Shown here in pieces: positions 25,630 to 37,106 of a stretch of 64,000 nt of DNA. The stretch is from Malacoraja senta (lineage: Eukaryota). Positions within the stretch are counted from its first letter, which is position 1. Every line of letters starts with the position of its first letter. Where the stretch lies: contig JAXLNO010004395.1 in NCBI GenBank assembly GCA_038087875.1, positions 62,001 to 126,000 of the forward strand. The letters run 5' to 3'. The position numbers and the translations under genes are program-made. Below the pieces are notes generated by a model. The model saw only the letters and a list, made by a program, of their open reading frames with translations, was not told the origin of the DNA and ran no database searches.

Positions 25630-28600
25630 ATGCAAGACGATAAACAAAAGAAATTTGGAGGAATCACATTCTGCAGTTGGAATATTAGGGTGCTAATGAA
25701 CCAATTAAAAGGGGTAAGATTCTTGCACAATTGAAGTCACTCAAGACGGATGTAATATTCCTACAAGAAACTCACTTGAAACTACAAGCTCAAGCCAGAT
25801 TGAAGGTAAACTGGATAGGCCAAACATACCAATCTTCATATATTTCCAAAGCTAGAGGCACAGCCATCATTATTCGAAAAGGTATACCATTTAAATCGAA
25901 GAATATCATGACAGATAAGGAAGGGAGATACCTTATAGTTACCGGAGAGATTCATGCTACCCCAATTACCTTGGTAAATATTTATGCGCCTAATTTTGAT
26001 AATCCTCAATTCTTTAATTAAATTTTTAATATAATTACAGTTCAATTTATCAAAATGTGATAATTGGGGGAGATTTTAACTGTGTTTTAGATCCATATTT
26101 GGATAAATCTTCACAACAGAGTAGGGGCAACATAAAATCTAAAACCAGGGAAATCTTAAATACTTACATAAAAAATACAAATATAACAGATGTTTGGAGG
26201 ATCGCTAACCCTGTCGGAAGGGAATACTCGTTTTATTCAATGGTACACAAAACTTATTCACGTATCGACTATTTTTGAGTGGATACAAAATTAATCCCCT
26301 ATACAATGAATCCAAAATATCACAATAGTATAATTTCTGATCATTCCCCGTTAACTTTTTTTTTTTAATTAGAGGGAATGACTTCTAATAAATCGTTTTG
26401 GAGGTTTAATCCTCAAATCTTAAATGACCCACAAGGGGAAATATATTTAAAACAACAGATGGAACTTTTTTTAAAGAATAATGACACCCCAGATATCTCA
26501 CCAGTTCTACTATGGGAATCATTCAAAGCAGTTATTATCTATAATCTCATACCAAGCTTTTTTGAATAAAAGGAATAAGAAAGAACAAAGGCAGTTAGAG
26601 GAACGAATTAGAGATTTGGAATTAGACAATGCTAAAGAGCCTACTATAGATAAACATAATAAAATAACAATAATGAAATTTATATTAAACAAAATATTAT
26701 CAACAAATGTTATTAGATTATTTCAAATCACAAAACAGGAACATTTTGAATTTGGGGATAAACCACAAGCGTGAAAAGGATCACATGATTTTAAAGATTA
26801 AATCAGATAAAGGGGAATTGTTAACACTTCCTAAGGATATTAACAAAAGATTCGCTCAATTTTATCAAAATTTATATACATCTAAAGCGGTAGCAGATAG
26901 TACCAAAGTTAGAGAGTTCCTGGAAAATTGTAATCTCCCAAAACTCAATATGAGTGAACAAGAGGAACTAGGTGCACAAGTCTCAACCAAGGAAATAGAA
27001 GAAACAATAAATACATTAAAGAATGGAAAAACTCCAGGACCAGATGGTTTTAGCAATGAATTTTATAAAAGATTTTACGAGATAATTACATCACGACTAC
27101 ATAAAATGTATACATATGCCTTTAAAGAACATACACTTCCAGAAACATTGGCGGAGTCAACGATTACACTTATACCTAAAAAAGGTAAAGATTTAGAAGA
27201 TCCGGGTTCTTATAGAGCTATTGCGCTGCTAAACACAGATCAAAAAATACTAGCGAAAACATTAGCTAGAAGGCTAAGTAACTATGTCAGTAAATTGATA
27301 AATCCGGATCAAACAGGGTTTATACCCAAGAGATACTCAAGCAATAATCTGAGACGTCTGTTTAATATAATGCACTCACATAAAACCGAAGAGCAAGACT
27401 TATCAATTATTTCACTGGATGCAGAAAAAGCATTTGATCAAGTGGAATGGGATTATATGGTTAAAGTATTGCAAAAATTTCAAATGGGTGATAATTTTAT
27501 CGCTTGGGTAAAATTATTATATGAAAGGCCTACGGCCAGAATATTAACTAATAATATTTTGTCCTCGAAATTTCAGTTATCAAGGGGAAATAGACAGGGG
27601 TGTTCATTATCACCTCTGCTATTTGCTCTGGTAATAGAACCGTTAGCGGAAAGTATTAGGATACATCCGAATATTCATGGATATAATACAAAATATTCAA
27701 ATAATAAGATATCTTTATATGCAGATGATGTACTACTATATATTACAAAGTCACTAATTAGTATACCAAATATATTAAATTTAATTGAGGAATTTGGATC
27801 CTTTTCAGGATATAGAGTAAATTGGAATAAAAGTGAAATTATGACGATTAAACCTCAAGAATCGACACACCTGTTAAAATTCCCTTTTAAAATCGCTTCA
27901 GAAAAATTTAAATATTTGGGAATTGAAATTACTAGAAAATATAAATCTCTATTTAATGCAAATTATATGCCCTTACTCAATAAATTAAACACATTGATTA
28001 AATTCTGGAAAACCCTCCCGATGTCTCTTATAGGCCGAATAAATGCTATAAAAATGATTTTTTTACCACAAATTTTATATTTATTCTAGTCATACTTACC
28101 AAATTTTTTTTTTTTTAATTGGATGCCGATATTACAAATTTTATATGGGACTATAAATCTCACAGAATTCAAAGAAAACATTTGTGCAAACCTAAGGAAT
28201 TTGGTGGATTATCACTTCCCAATTTTTTATATTATTATTGTAATAGTAATAGTAATTTTATTGTCAATTCAAATAATGTAACGAGTAGTTACATAGAGGA
28301 TTGAAATTGCGTTTCTCCATACTCCAATGTGCAAGTAATATTTATAACACAGACAGACAGCGTACCAACAAAAATAGACAACGGACATATACATTATATA
28401 AAATATTCATTAATAAAAGGTGCAATATAGCATACTGTGCAAGTAGCATACTGCAGACACTGGGCCAAAGTTAATCTGGCAGTCAGTTGGTCTTTGTGTA
28501 ATGTTCATGGAATTCTCTTAAGTGTGTTGAGTAGTCTGATGGCCTGAGGGAAAAAGCTGTTTTTGAATCTTGTGGTTTTGCTCCGCATGCTGCGGGAGCG

Positions 28601-30696
28601 CTTGCCGGATGGTAGGAGGGTGAACAGTTTGTGTGCTGGGTGGGTGGTGTCTTTGATGATGTTAGTTGCTCTCTTGCGACAGCGAGATGGATATAAGTCT
28701 TGAATTGCTGGTTGGGGTGATCTAGTGATCTTCTCCGCTGTCCTCACCACTCTCTGTAGGGCCTTCTGGTCAGCAGCAGAGCAACTGCCATACCAGACTG
28801 AGAGACTGCTGGTAAGAATGCTCTCAATGGCACCCCTGTAAAAAGTTGTGAGGGCAGAAGGGGGGAGGTCGGCTCTCCTCATCCGTCGAAGGAAGTGGAG
28901 GCGTTGCTGTGCTTTCTTGACTAGGGAGATGGTGTTGGTGGACCATGTCTGGTCATCTGTGATGTGTACTCCCAGGAACTTGGTGCTTTTCACAGACTCC
29001 ACTACACTGCCATTTATGGTGAGTGGGGTGTGTGCTGCCTGTTTCTTCCTGAAGTCCACAGTTATTTCTTTCATTTTGTTGACATTGAGTTGAAGGTTAT
29101 TGATGTCACACCAGTTGATGAGTTGTTGTACCTCCTCTCTGTAGGCTGAGTCGTCATCGTGGCTGATGAGGCCCACCACTGTTGTGTCATCTGCGAACTT
29201 GATGATGTGGTTCGAGTTATGTTTGGCACAACAGTCATGTGTCATCAGCGTGAACAACAGATGGCTCCGCACACATCCCCGTGGGACCCCGGTGTTCATG
29301 ATGGTGGTCTCTGATGAGTTTTTGCCAACTCTTACTGTCTGTGGTCTGTCGGTGAGGAAGTCCAGTAACCAGTTGCATAGTGGGGTGCTGATGCCTATTT
29401 CACCGAGTTTATTCACCAGGTGTTGGGGGATGACTGTGTTGAAGGCGGAGCTGAAATCAATGAACAGCAACCGCACGTAACTGTTATTGTTTTCCAGATG
29501 AGCCAGGCTTAGGTGGAGTACTGTTGCTATGGCATCATCAGTGGAACGGTTGGGACGGTATGCAAACTGGAATGGGTCAAGTGTAGAGGGGAGACTGGAT
29601 ATTATGTGGGCCTTAACCAACCTTTCAAAGCACTTCATCATGATGGACGTGAGTGCTATGGGCCGGTAGTCGTTCAGTGTTGAGGCTGGGGATTTCTTGG
29701 GTAGCGGTATGATGGTGGTGGCTTTGAAGCATGCTGGTATGATGGCTTGGCTCAGAGAGGTGTTGTAGATGTCTGTGAGAAATGTCAAAAATATGATTCA
29801 CCTGTTGGACAATTCGGCCCAACGGGTGGATTGGATAGTAATGGAGAGAGAGGACTGTTCCCCTTTCAATATAGGAGCGATCCTTCTCTCACCAACAAAA
29901 ATAAAGAATACAATATATAGTAAAAATCCAATTATTCATAGTACAATTAGAATTTGGAAACAAATAAAATTAACGTTAAAATTAAGAAATCTATCACTAC
30001 TTTCTCCTATAATGTATAACCCTGCGTTTAAACCTTCTATGATAGATAGAGCTTTTATAAATTGGGAAAGAGTAGGAATTAAAACGTTTGGAGATATGTA
30101 TGATAATGGAAGTTTTTTAACATTTAATCAATTACAACTTAAATATAACTTGAATAGAAATCAATATTTTAAATATTTTCAACTACGTGATTATTTGAAA
30201 AAGTATACACGAGAATATCAAAACATGTCTCCTGACCTATTAGATGGGATAATGAATATAAAAGCGGAATCAGCTAATTTAATATCATACCTATATAACT
30301 CCGTTTTAAACATAGAAATTCCAGCATCGGACGGGATTAGAAGAGAATGGGAACAGGAACTAGCTATAAAAATCTCGAAAGAGAGTTGGGATTGAAATTT
30401 TCTCTAAATTATTTAAAATAAAATTGAAACCGAATGCAGAACTGATTATTTTTGGAACAACAGAAGCAAGTTTGGAGCTGACTGCGTTTCAAAGGAGTTT
30501 TCTTAGTTATGGTTTATTAACGGCAAAAAAACTGATATTGAAATTTTGGAAAAATGCCCCTACGCCAACAATAAAAATGTGGACTTCTAATATGTCGGAA
30601 TTGTTACATTTAGAAGATATGAGATTCCTCCTAGCAGGTAAACAAGACCAATTCCAAAAGATTTGGTCGCCATATATCGACTTATTACAAACATAG
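25630..30696 (+). pseudogene. L1 ORF2 (APE-RT), multiply frameshifted, interrupted and internally deleted
   Basis: SWNIRG, LQETH, NIYAPN, GGDFN, RIDYF, PGPDG, YRAIALLN, RQGCSLSP, LYADD. Stops near 26021 and 28089. The C-terminal cysteine-rich region present in the 49508-51741 copy is missing at ~30392. Confidence 0.92.
28241..29779 (-). mobile_element. 5'-truncated Rex1/Babar LINE nested in L1 ORF2
   Basis: Open 427-aa RT ORF at 28505-29788; AATAAA plus (TTACTA)n tail; the L1 reading LPNFLYYY|..NVKNMIH resumes on the other side. Confidence 0.9.
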
Positions 30697-31006
30697 GGTG
30701 CAACAAAATGTTGATAATAAATGGTTTTAGGACCTGGCGAGGGGTGAGTAAAGATAAGAAGTAGACACATCCCTTTCATATTGTCCTATCTTATTTTCTT
30801 TTTTCTCTTTTTTTCTTTTCTTCTTTAACTACTTCTTGTGGTTTAGGTTCACAAGAGTGTTCCTGGACCACTTTCATTCACTCACTGACTATCTTTGCGA
30901 GCTCTTTCTATCCTTTTTTCTATTAAAGTTGAAAAACAGAAGTGGTATAAGAATTGTATAAAATTATGTTATGTTATTGCAGATAACTGTAATGTAAAAT
31001 ACTTCT

Positions 31007-31044
<38 letters not shown>

Positions 31045-31636
31045 GTTGGCGTTGCCTGTACTGGATCCCACCCCTGGCCCAAGACAAGCAACAAGACACA
31101 ATGACATAAAAGTTAACATAAACATCCACCACGGCAGATTCCCACATTCCTCACTGTGATGGAAGGCAACAAAGTCCAAACTTCTTTCTTTTTATTCTCC
31201 CGCGGTCGGGGCAGTAGAACCATTGCCGGGGTGATCGAAGCTCCTGCAGCGGGCGGTTGAAGCACCTGTGTCAGGGCGATTGAAGCTCCTGTGTTGGGGT
31301 GGTCGAAGCACCTGCGGCTTGGAGCTCCTGAGGTCGGTCTCTGATCAGAGACTGCGAGCTCCGTGATGTTAAGTCCACAAGCACCCACAGTTGGAGCTCC
31401 GAGGTCGATCCCTGGCAAAGGGATCATGAGCTGCGTGATGGTGACTCCGCAGGCTCCCGTGGTGGAGCTGTCAAAAGTCGGCCTCCACCAAAGGCCTGGC
31501 TGTTAGGCTGCAGTGCGGACCGAGATACAGTACAGAAAAAAATCGCATCTCCATCGAGGTAAGATATTAGAAAAGGTTTCCCCCAACCACCCCACCGTAA
31601 AACAAGCTGAAGAACACTAAATACATACATTTAACA

Positions 31637-32490
31637 CATGGGTCGGCAACCTTGTTCTGCATAGGAGCCAGGACCTATGTCTGTGAGTGGATGGCGGGCC
31701 ACATCTGTCACCATAGTTAATAATTAATTCATTATAGTTTTAAAAAATCGTAACAAAAAGACAATTACCCCTGCGTCAAATACGACTAAAGTGCAACACT
31801 GTGGCCGGAGCGGAATTACTCACCGACCTCGCTGATGCTTTGTTTTCCTCCAGCCCGTCCGCTGCTGGGCTCCCGAGGAAACCGCTTCAGCACCGCCTTG
31901 TCGAAGCCGCTCTCATCCCGCTGCAGTTTCACACAAGCCGCAGCACTGAGGTGGGGGGGGGCTTTCACTTTGGATGGTCTGGATGATGGAAGAGGGGGTG
32001 GGAGGGTAGGGACAGAGAGAGAGATTTAAGGGCCTGTCCCACTGTACGAGGTAATTCAAGAGCTCTCCCGAGTTTAAATAAAATCAAACTCGTGGTAAGT
32101 ACGTAGAATGTACATAGCGGGTACGTCGGAGCTCGGGACGTCTCTTAGCGGCTCGTAACGCTAACGGCAGGTACTCAGGAAACGCGGTAAGCTCGTGAAG
32201 ATTTTTAAACATGTTGAAAAATGTCCACGAGAGCCCCGAGTACCTACGAGCGGTTGTTACTGTAATTCTCCGAGTTTGAATCATGGGAAACACGGGAGAA
32301 CTCTTGAATAAGCTCGTACAGTGGGACAGGCCCTTGATTCGACAGGTATTGTGATATGGAATTGGCTGTGTGTGTGTGTGAGAACTACTCTCGGATAAGT
32401 GTTGTGTGTGTTTTGTGTTACGCCTGCGTGCCGGATGATTTCGAGTTACAGTCCGGATCCGGCCCGTGGGCTGTAGGTTGCCAACCTCTG
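31637..32490. mobile_element. Non-autonomous hAT (Charlie/Buster-like)
   Basis: TIRs CATGGGTCGGCAACCT / AGGTTGCCAACCTCTG and a perfect 8-bp TSD ATTTAACA with central TA. Confidence 0.88.
32029..32334. mobile_element. PIF/Harbinger-like MITE nested in the hAT
   Basis: TIRs AGGGCCTGTCCCACTGTACGAG; flanks TTA/TGA. Confidence 0.8.
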
Positions 32491-33102
32491 ATTTAACACA
32501 AACTGTTAAAACACAAAGAAGGAAGGGACAGACAGACTGTTGGCGAGGCAGCCATTGCTGGCACCACCCAGTGGTTGGGTTGGTTAGTTAGTTTCCAGGC
32601 GCCCCCAACATTGATGGAGTTGTGAACAGTGAAGAAGGCTGCCATAGTGTACAATGGGAAATACATCAGATACAGAAATGGGCAGAAAAAATGCAAATGG
32701 TGGTCATTTTGAGCCAGTATGAGGTGTTACACTTTGAGTGGTCGAATGTAAAGGAAAAGTATACAGTTATTGGCAAGACCCTTAGCATTAATCTACAGAG
32801 AGATCTTGGGGTTGAATCTTGGGTTTCTAGAGAAAGGAAGTCATAATACAGTTTTATAGGGCTGGGTAGTCCACATTTGGAGTATTATGTGCAGTTTTTG
32901 TTGACCCATTACATTAAGGATGTAGAGGCATTGGAAAGGGTGCAGAGGTTTACAAGAATGATGCCTCGACTAGGGTGTGTTGGCTACATGAAACAGATGG
33001 ACAGACATGGATTGCTTCCGCTAGAATGCCGGAGTTTGATGGGACACCTGATAGAAGTACATAAAACTATGAGAGGTATAGATAGGATAGATAGTCAGAA
33101 CA

Positions 33103-33429
33103 GGGGCAGTCACTGTGGCGCAGCGGTAGAGTTGCTGCTTTGCAGCGCTTGCAGCGTGGGAGACCCAGGTTCGATCCCGACCGCGGGTGCTGTATGTGTG
33201 GAGTGTGTACGTTCTCTTCATGACAGCATGGGTTTTCTCCGAGATCTTCGGTTTCCTCCCACACTCCAAAGATGTACAGGTATGTAGATTAATTGGCTTG
33301 GTGTATGTGTAAATCATCCCTAGTGTGTGTAGGGTAGTGCTAATTCCCAGGGATCACTAGTCGGTGCGGACTCGGTGGGCCGAAGGGCCTGTTTCCATGC
33401 TGTATCTCTAAACTAAAATAAACTAAACT
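33103..33429 (+). mobile_element. HE1-like V-SINE inserted in a degenerate CR1 (32620-33540)
   Basis: Full head, V-domain and tail; CR1 sequence continues on both sides. Confidence 0.85.
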
Positions 33430-34918
33430 GAACATGGATGCAAACATTGAATACAAGAGGGCATAGCTTTAAGATGAGAGTTTAAAGGAAATGTGCAGGG
33501 CATGTTTTTTCACAGACAGTGATGAATGCCTTGATGACTGTCTGAGGTATGTTTGATGCTGCAGGTAAATATATTGTCTTGCCTTCAGTGGTGTTGTGTC
33601 AAAATCTTGCAAACCCCTCCAAAAAGTCTGTAACAGTCAAGTTTCTGCCTCATCTCAGTCCTTGCGAGGAATCTCACACCTAAGCAATAAATTCAGGGTC
33701 ACCCAGATTGCAAACACTGATGGAAACAAGCCAATTGCCATTTGGTGTAACATTAAACTCACAGTTACATATTAACAGAAAATAAATATATCAGTACCTC
33801 AAGAAAGTTGATGTTTCACGCTGAATTGGGTGTGGGAATTAGATGACTCGGGAATGGAATTTAGTTTTGTCTGAATATTTAATGTACCTAGTAAATACAC
33901 TTAAGATATCAGCAATCAAGTAATTATTATGTGTTTTCACAATCACCACAATAGATCAGTACAGCACAGGAACAGGCCCTTTGGCCCACAATGTCTGTGT
34001 TGAACATGATGCCAAGACCAACTCCTATCTGCCTGCACATAATATATCTCCATTCCCTGCACAACCTACAACAATAAGGACAGCATGGTGATGCAACACT
34101 GGAGTTGCTGCCTTAAGTGCCACACAGCCGGGTTTGATCTTGACTATGGGTATGTAGGTTAATTGGGTTGGTGTAAATGTAAACCTGTTCCAAGTGTGTG
34201 TAGGATAGTGTTAGTGTGTGGGAATTGGTGTGGACCCTGTTTCCACCCTGTATCTCTAAACTAAATAAACTAAATGTGCTAACCAGTCAGTGGAAAGACA
34301 ATACATGATTACAATTGAGCCATCCATAGTGTACAGATATATGATAAAGGGAATAACGTGAATAACGTTTAGTGCAAGATAATGGCAGTAAAGTCCGATC
34401 AAAGATTGTCCGATGATCTCCAATGCAGGAGACAGTAGTTCAAGACTGCACCCTGGTTGTTGGTAGGATGGTTTCAGTTGCCTGATAACAATTGGGAAGA
34501 GACTGCCCCTGAATGTGGAGGTGTGAGTTTTGACAATTGGTTATATGAAGAGTAAAGTTGTTGTTATTCCACTCTGATGAGCGTTTGACGGCACTAGGCC
34601 TCTAATCGCTGGAGTTTAGAAGGATGAGGGAGATCTCATTGAAACTTACTGTAAAGATGTTAAGTCTGACTCACTTGTAGCTTTACTTAACGTTTAATGA
34701 TAAGACAGGTTAAACACTTTCCAGCACTGACTGTACCCAGTCTGTCATCATGATGGAACCAGGGAGGAGCAAGAGAGAAAGAGAGAGAGTTCTTATACTT
34801 GATAACTGAGGCGTGGTTAGTGGTACTGAGGTAGCTATATTAATGGTTGCATGCATAAACCATCTACATCCTTCCCCTTAGAAATCAAATACACATGGAG
34901 GCAATTGGGACAGTGTCA

Positions 34919-36409
34919 TTACAATAAACATGCGAGTTTAGACAAAGTCGCCGTAGCGGACAGGCGGCTTAACAATGCGACCCAAACGCGTACGTACAGC
35001 ACCTCCCCCCCCCCCCCCCCATCGGAAAGAAGAGAAGGCGTAGCGGAGGCAAGCAAGAATGTTAAGGGAGGGGGAGATGCAGTCGGAGCGGGTGAGACAG
35101 GAGGGGGAGGACGTGCAGGAGGTGAAACCGCCCGGCCAAAACCAGGAGGCAACGGAGAAGGAGACCGCAATAAGCGAGGGGACTGGGGCATGCATGGAGC
35201 AGCAGGGCGATCAGCAGCAGCAGGTAGGAACCGCAACGGAGGAGCATAAGGAGCCGCAGGAAGAGGCTTCGGCTCGTTCACAGCCAACAGGTGTTGACGG
35301 CTCCGTCGATAGGCAGTCCCCTCGTAATCCACCAGGTAGGACCTTGGAGAGTCGTCCACACCAATCACAGTCGCGAGGCGGGAATAGCCGGTGGTGGTCC
35401 GCATTCGAATGACCTGCCCGGGTAGTAGAGGCAGTAGAGGGCGGCAGGACCTGTCGTGGGACCGTCGTTGAACTTCATGTTTCTGATTGATCCGTTGTTG
35501 GACAGTGGCAGGATTGAGCACTTTCGGTAGCAGGGACTGCTGGGCGATTGGCATAGGTGTTCTTGTAACCCTTGACATCAGACGCTGGGCAGGGGAACCC
35601 ATAGCCGGGTCCCGTGAGACGTTACGTAGGTTTAGTAAGCCCAGGTAGAAATCGCAGTTAGACAGGCGGGACTGCTCCACCAGGCCCTTAGCACTCCGCA
35701 CGGCCCGTTCGGCCAGGCCGTTACTCTGAGGGTACTCAGGGCTGCTGGTGTAGTGATGGAAGTTCCACCTCGCAGCGAAAGCTTTGAATTCGGCACTTGT
35801 GAATTGCCGTCCATTGTCGGTCTGCAAATGGACAGGGACACCGTGGGCGGCGAAATGCTCCCGCATTTTGGCGATGACCATCCCGGAGGTGACGGACGGA
35901 AGGAGGTCCACCTCGAACCAGTTGGAGTATGAGTCCACCAGGATGAGAAACTGCTTCCCCCACCATTCGAATATATCGGCAGCCAGCGATGTCCAGGGCA
36001 TGGCCGGCGCCGGCTGCTGCAAAAGAGGCTGCCGCTGCTGGTGTGGGGTAAGGTTGTTGCAGGAGGCACAAGAGGACACACGGTTCCTGATGTATTTGGC
36101 CATGCTAGGCCAGTAGAATTGTCCCTGGGCATGAGAAACAGTGGCCTCGACCCCAGGATGACCGTTGTGGGCTGCGTTGTAGTATAGATCATACAGAGAG
36201 GCTGGGACCACGACCTTGTGGCCTTTGACGATAACCCCATCCTGGATCACCAGCTCATCGCGGACAAGGAAGAACGGTTGGGCACCCGATGGCAAATTGG
36301 TGCGTCTGTCGGGCCACCCACGCTTGATGATGGCTGCCAGCTGCTGCAAAGCAGGGTCAGCGGCGGTGTGCTCGACCAGGCACTGCAGCTGGCAGCCATC
36401 ATCAAGCAT
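34919..36409 (-). CDS. Gypsy integrase ORF (HHCC, DD35E, GPY/F-like), open, 496 aa from ATG
   Basis: HNGHPG...CASC, AADIF, VDSYS, TDNGRQF, PQSNGLAER, PLLPGQVIR; no stop codons. Confidence 0.9.
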   Translation of the reverse strand: MLDDGCQLQCLVEHTAADPALQQLAAIIKRGWPDRRTNLPSGAQPFFLVRDELVIQDGVIVKGHKVVVPASLYDLYYNAAHNGHPGVEATVSHAQGQFYWPSMAKYIRNRVSSCASCNNLTPHQQRQPLLQQPAPAMPWTSLAADIFEWWGKQFLILVDSYSNWFEVDLLPSVTSGMVIAKMREHFAAHGVPVHLQTDNGRQFTSAEFKAFAARWNFHHYTSSPEYPQSNGLAERAVRSAKGLVEQSRLSNCDFYLGLLNLRNVSRDPAMGSPAQRLMSRVTRTPMPIAQQSLLPKVLNPATVQQRINQKHEVQRRSHDRSCRPLLPLLPGQVIRMRTTTGYSRLATVIGVDDSPRSYLVDYEGTAYRRSRQHLLAVNEPKPLPAAPYAPPLRFLPAAADRPAAPCMPQSPRLLRSPSPLPPGFGRAVSPPARPPPPVSPAPTASPPPLTFLLASATPSLLSDGGGGGEVLYVRVWVALLSRLSATATLSKLACLL

Positions 36410-37106
36410 GGGTGGCCCGACAGACGGCAACCCGTCCTCCGGGGACGTAGCCTGCCCGCGGCGCGGGTCTAGAGTTGTCTATTTTAGGACGCGGTCTGTT
36501 GAGACCAGTTAAGTTGACCGATCGACCAACAGCGTCCCATTGTCCAAACAACGGGTCAACGACTTCAGCCAACCTGCATGCATGCATTGCGTCAGTCAGA
36601 GTAAGATCCGGCCTTCTCAATAGCTCCGATCGCAATTTCTGATCCAGCATACCTCTCACTAGATTGTCCCTGGTAAGCTGGTCAGTCATGTTTTCAAATC
36701 GACACCTCTGGGCGAGATAGTGCAGATCCGCAATAATGCATTCAACAGGTTCATCTGGCTGTTGCTTTCTCGTAAAAAACTTGGCTCGCTCTAAAATGCG
36801 GTTAGAGGGCAAGTCGCAAATTTCTGCAAACTTTCGCAATAGACATACCGGATCGTTGGCAGACTCCGCAGGTACTTGAACCTGGTCGTTTTCATCCCGG
36901 ACCGCGGGATCATAGGCGAAGGCTCGTGCTCTCCTCATGGCATCAGGACCAGCAAGGTTCAGTAGGAGAGAAGCTTTAACAATGTCAGGATCGTTGCGAT
37001 GAACGATATTAATGTAATGTGTGAAGTCCATTTCAAAAGTCGCCCAGCGTTCAGCTATGTCAGCATCAAAGACAAGGGGCGAGGGTTTGCGGCACGAGGA
37101 TACCAT
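36402..37106 (-). CDS. Gypsy gag ORF (234 aa), truncated before the zinc knuckle
   Basis: ERWATFEMDF, LLLNLAG, ERAKFFTRKQQPDE, LAQRCRF, LTRDNLVRG, LTLTDA gag motifs; no CCHC. Confidence 0.85.
   Translation of the reverse strand: MVSSCRKPSPLVFDADIAERWATFEMDFTHYINIVHRNDPDIVKASLLLNLAGPDAMRRARAFAYDPAVRDENDQVQVPAESANDPVCLLRKFAEICDLPSNRILERAKFFTRKQQPDEPVECIIADLHYLAQRCRFENMTDQLTRDNLVRGMLDQKLRSELLRRPDLTLTDAMHACRLAEVVDPLFGQWDAVGRSVNLTGLNRPRPKIDNSRPAPRAGYVPGGRVAVCRATHA

Larger units (their letters stand above)
23339..31038 (+). mobile_element. Full-length L1 (fish-type) with poly(A) and a 16-bp TSD
   Basis: TSD AAAGTTGTTGGCGTTG at 23323-23338 and 31039-31054; target TT/AAAG; 5' GACTTCCGG start; ORF1, ~1-kb spacer, disrupted ORF2, AATTAAA plus poly(A) at 31011-31041. 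Confidence 0.95.

Noticed and set aside
33590-33800. Minus-strand GDPEFIA motif resembling MHC alpha1
   Set aside because: It is immediately followed by stops and the rest does not fit alpha1.
35059-36512. Overlapping alternative-frame and antisense ORFs in the Gypsy integrase
   Set aside because: Expected in GC-rich coding sequence; no motifs.
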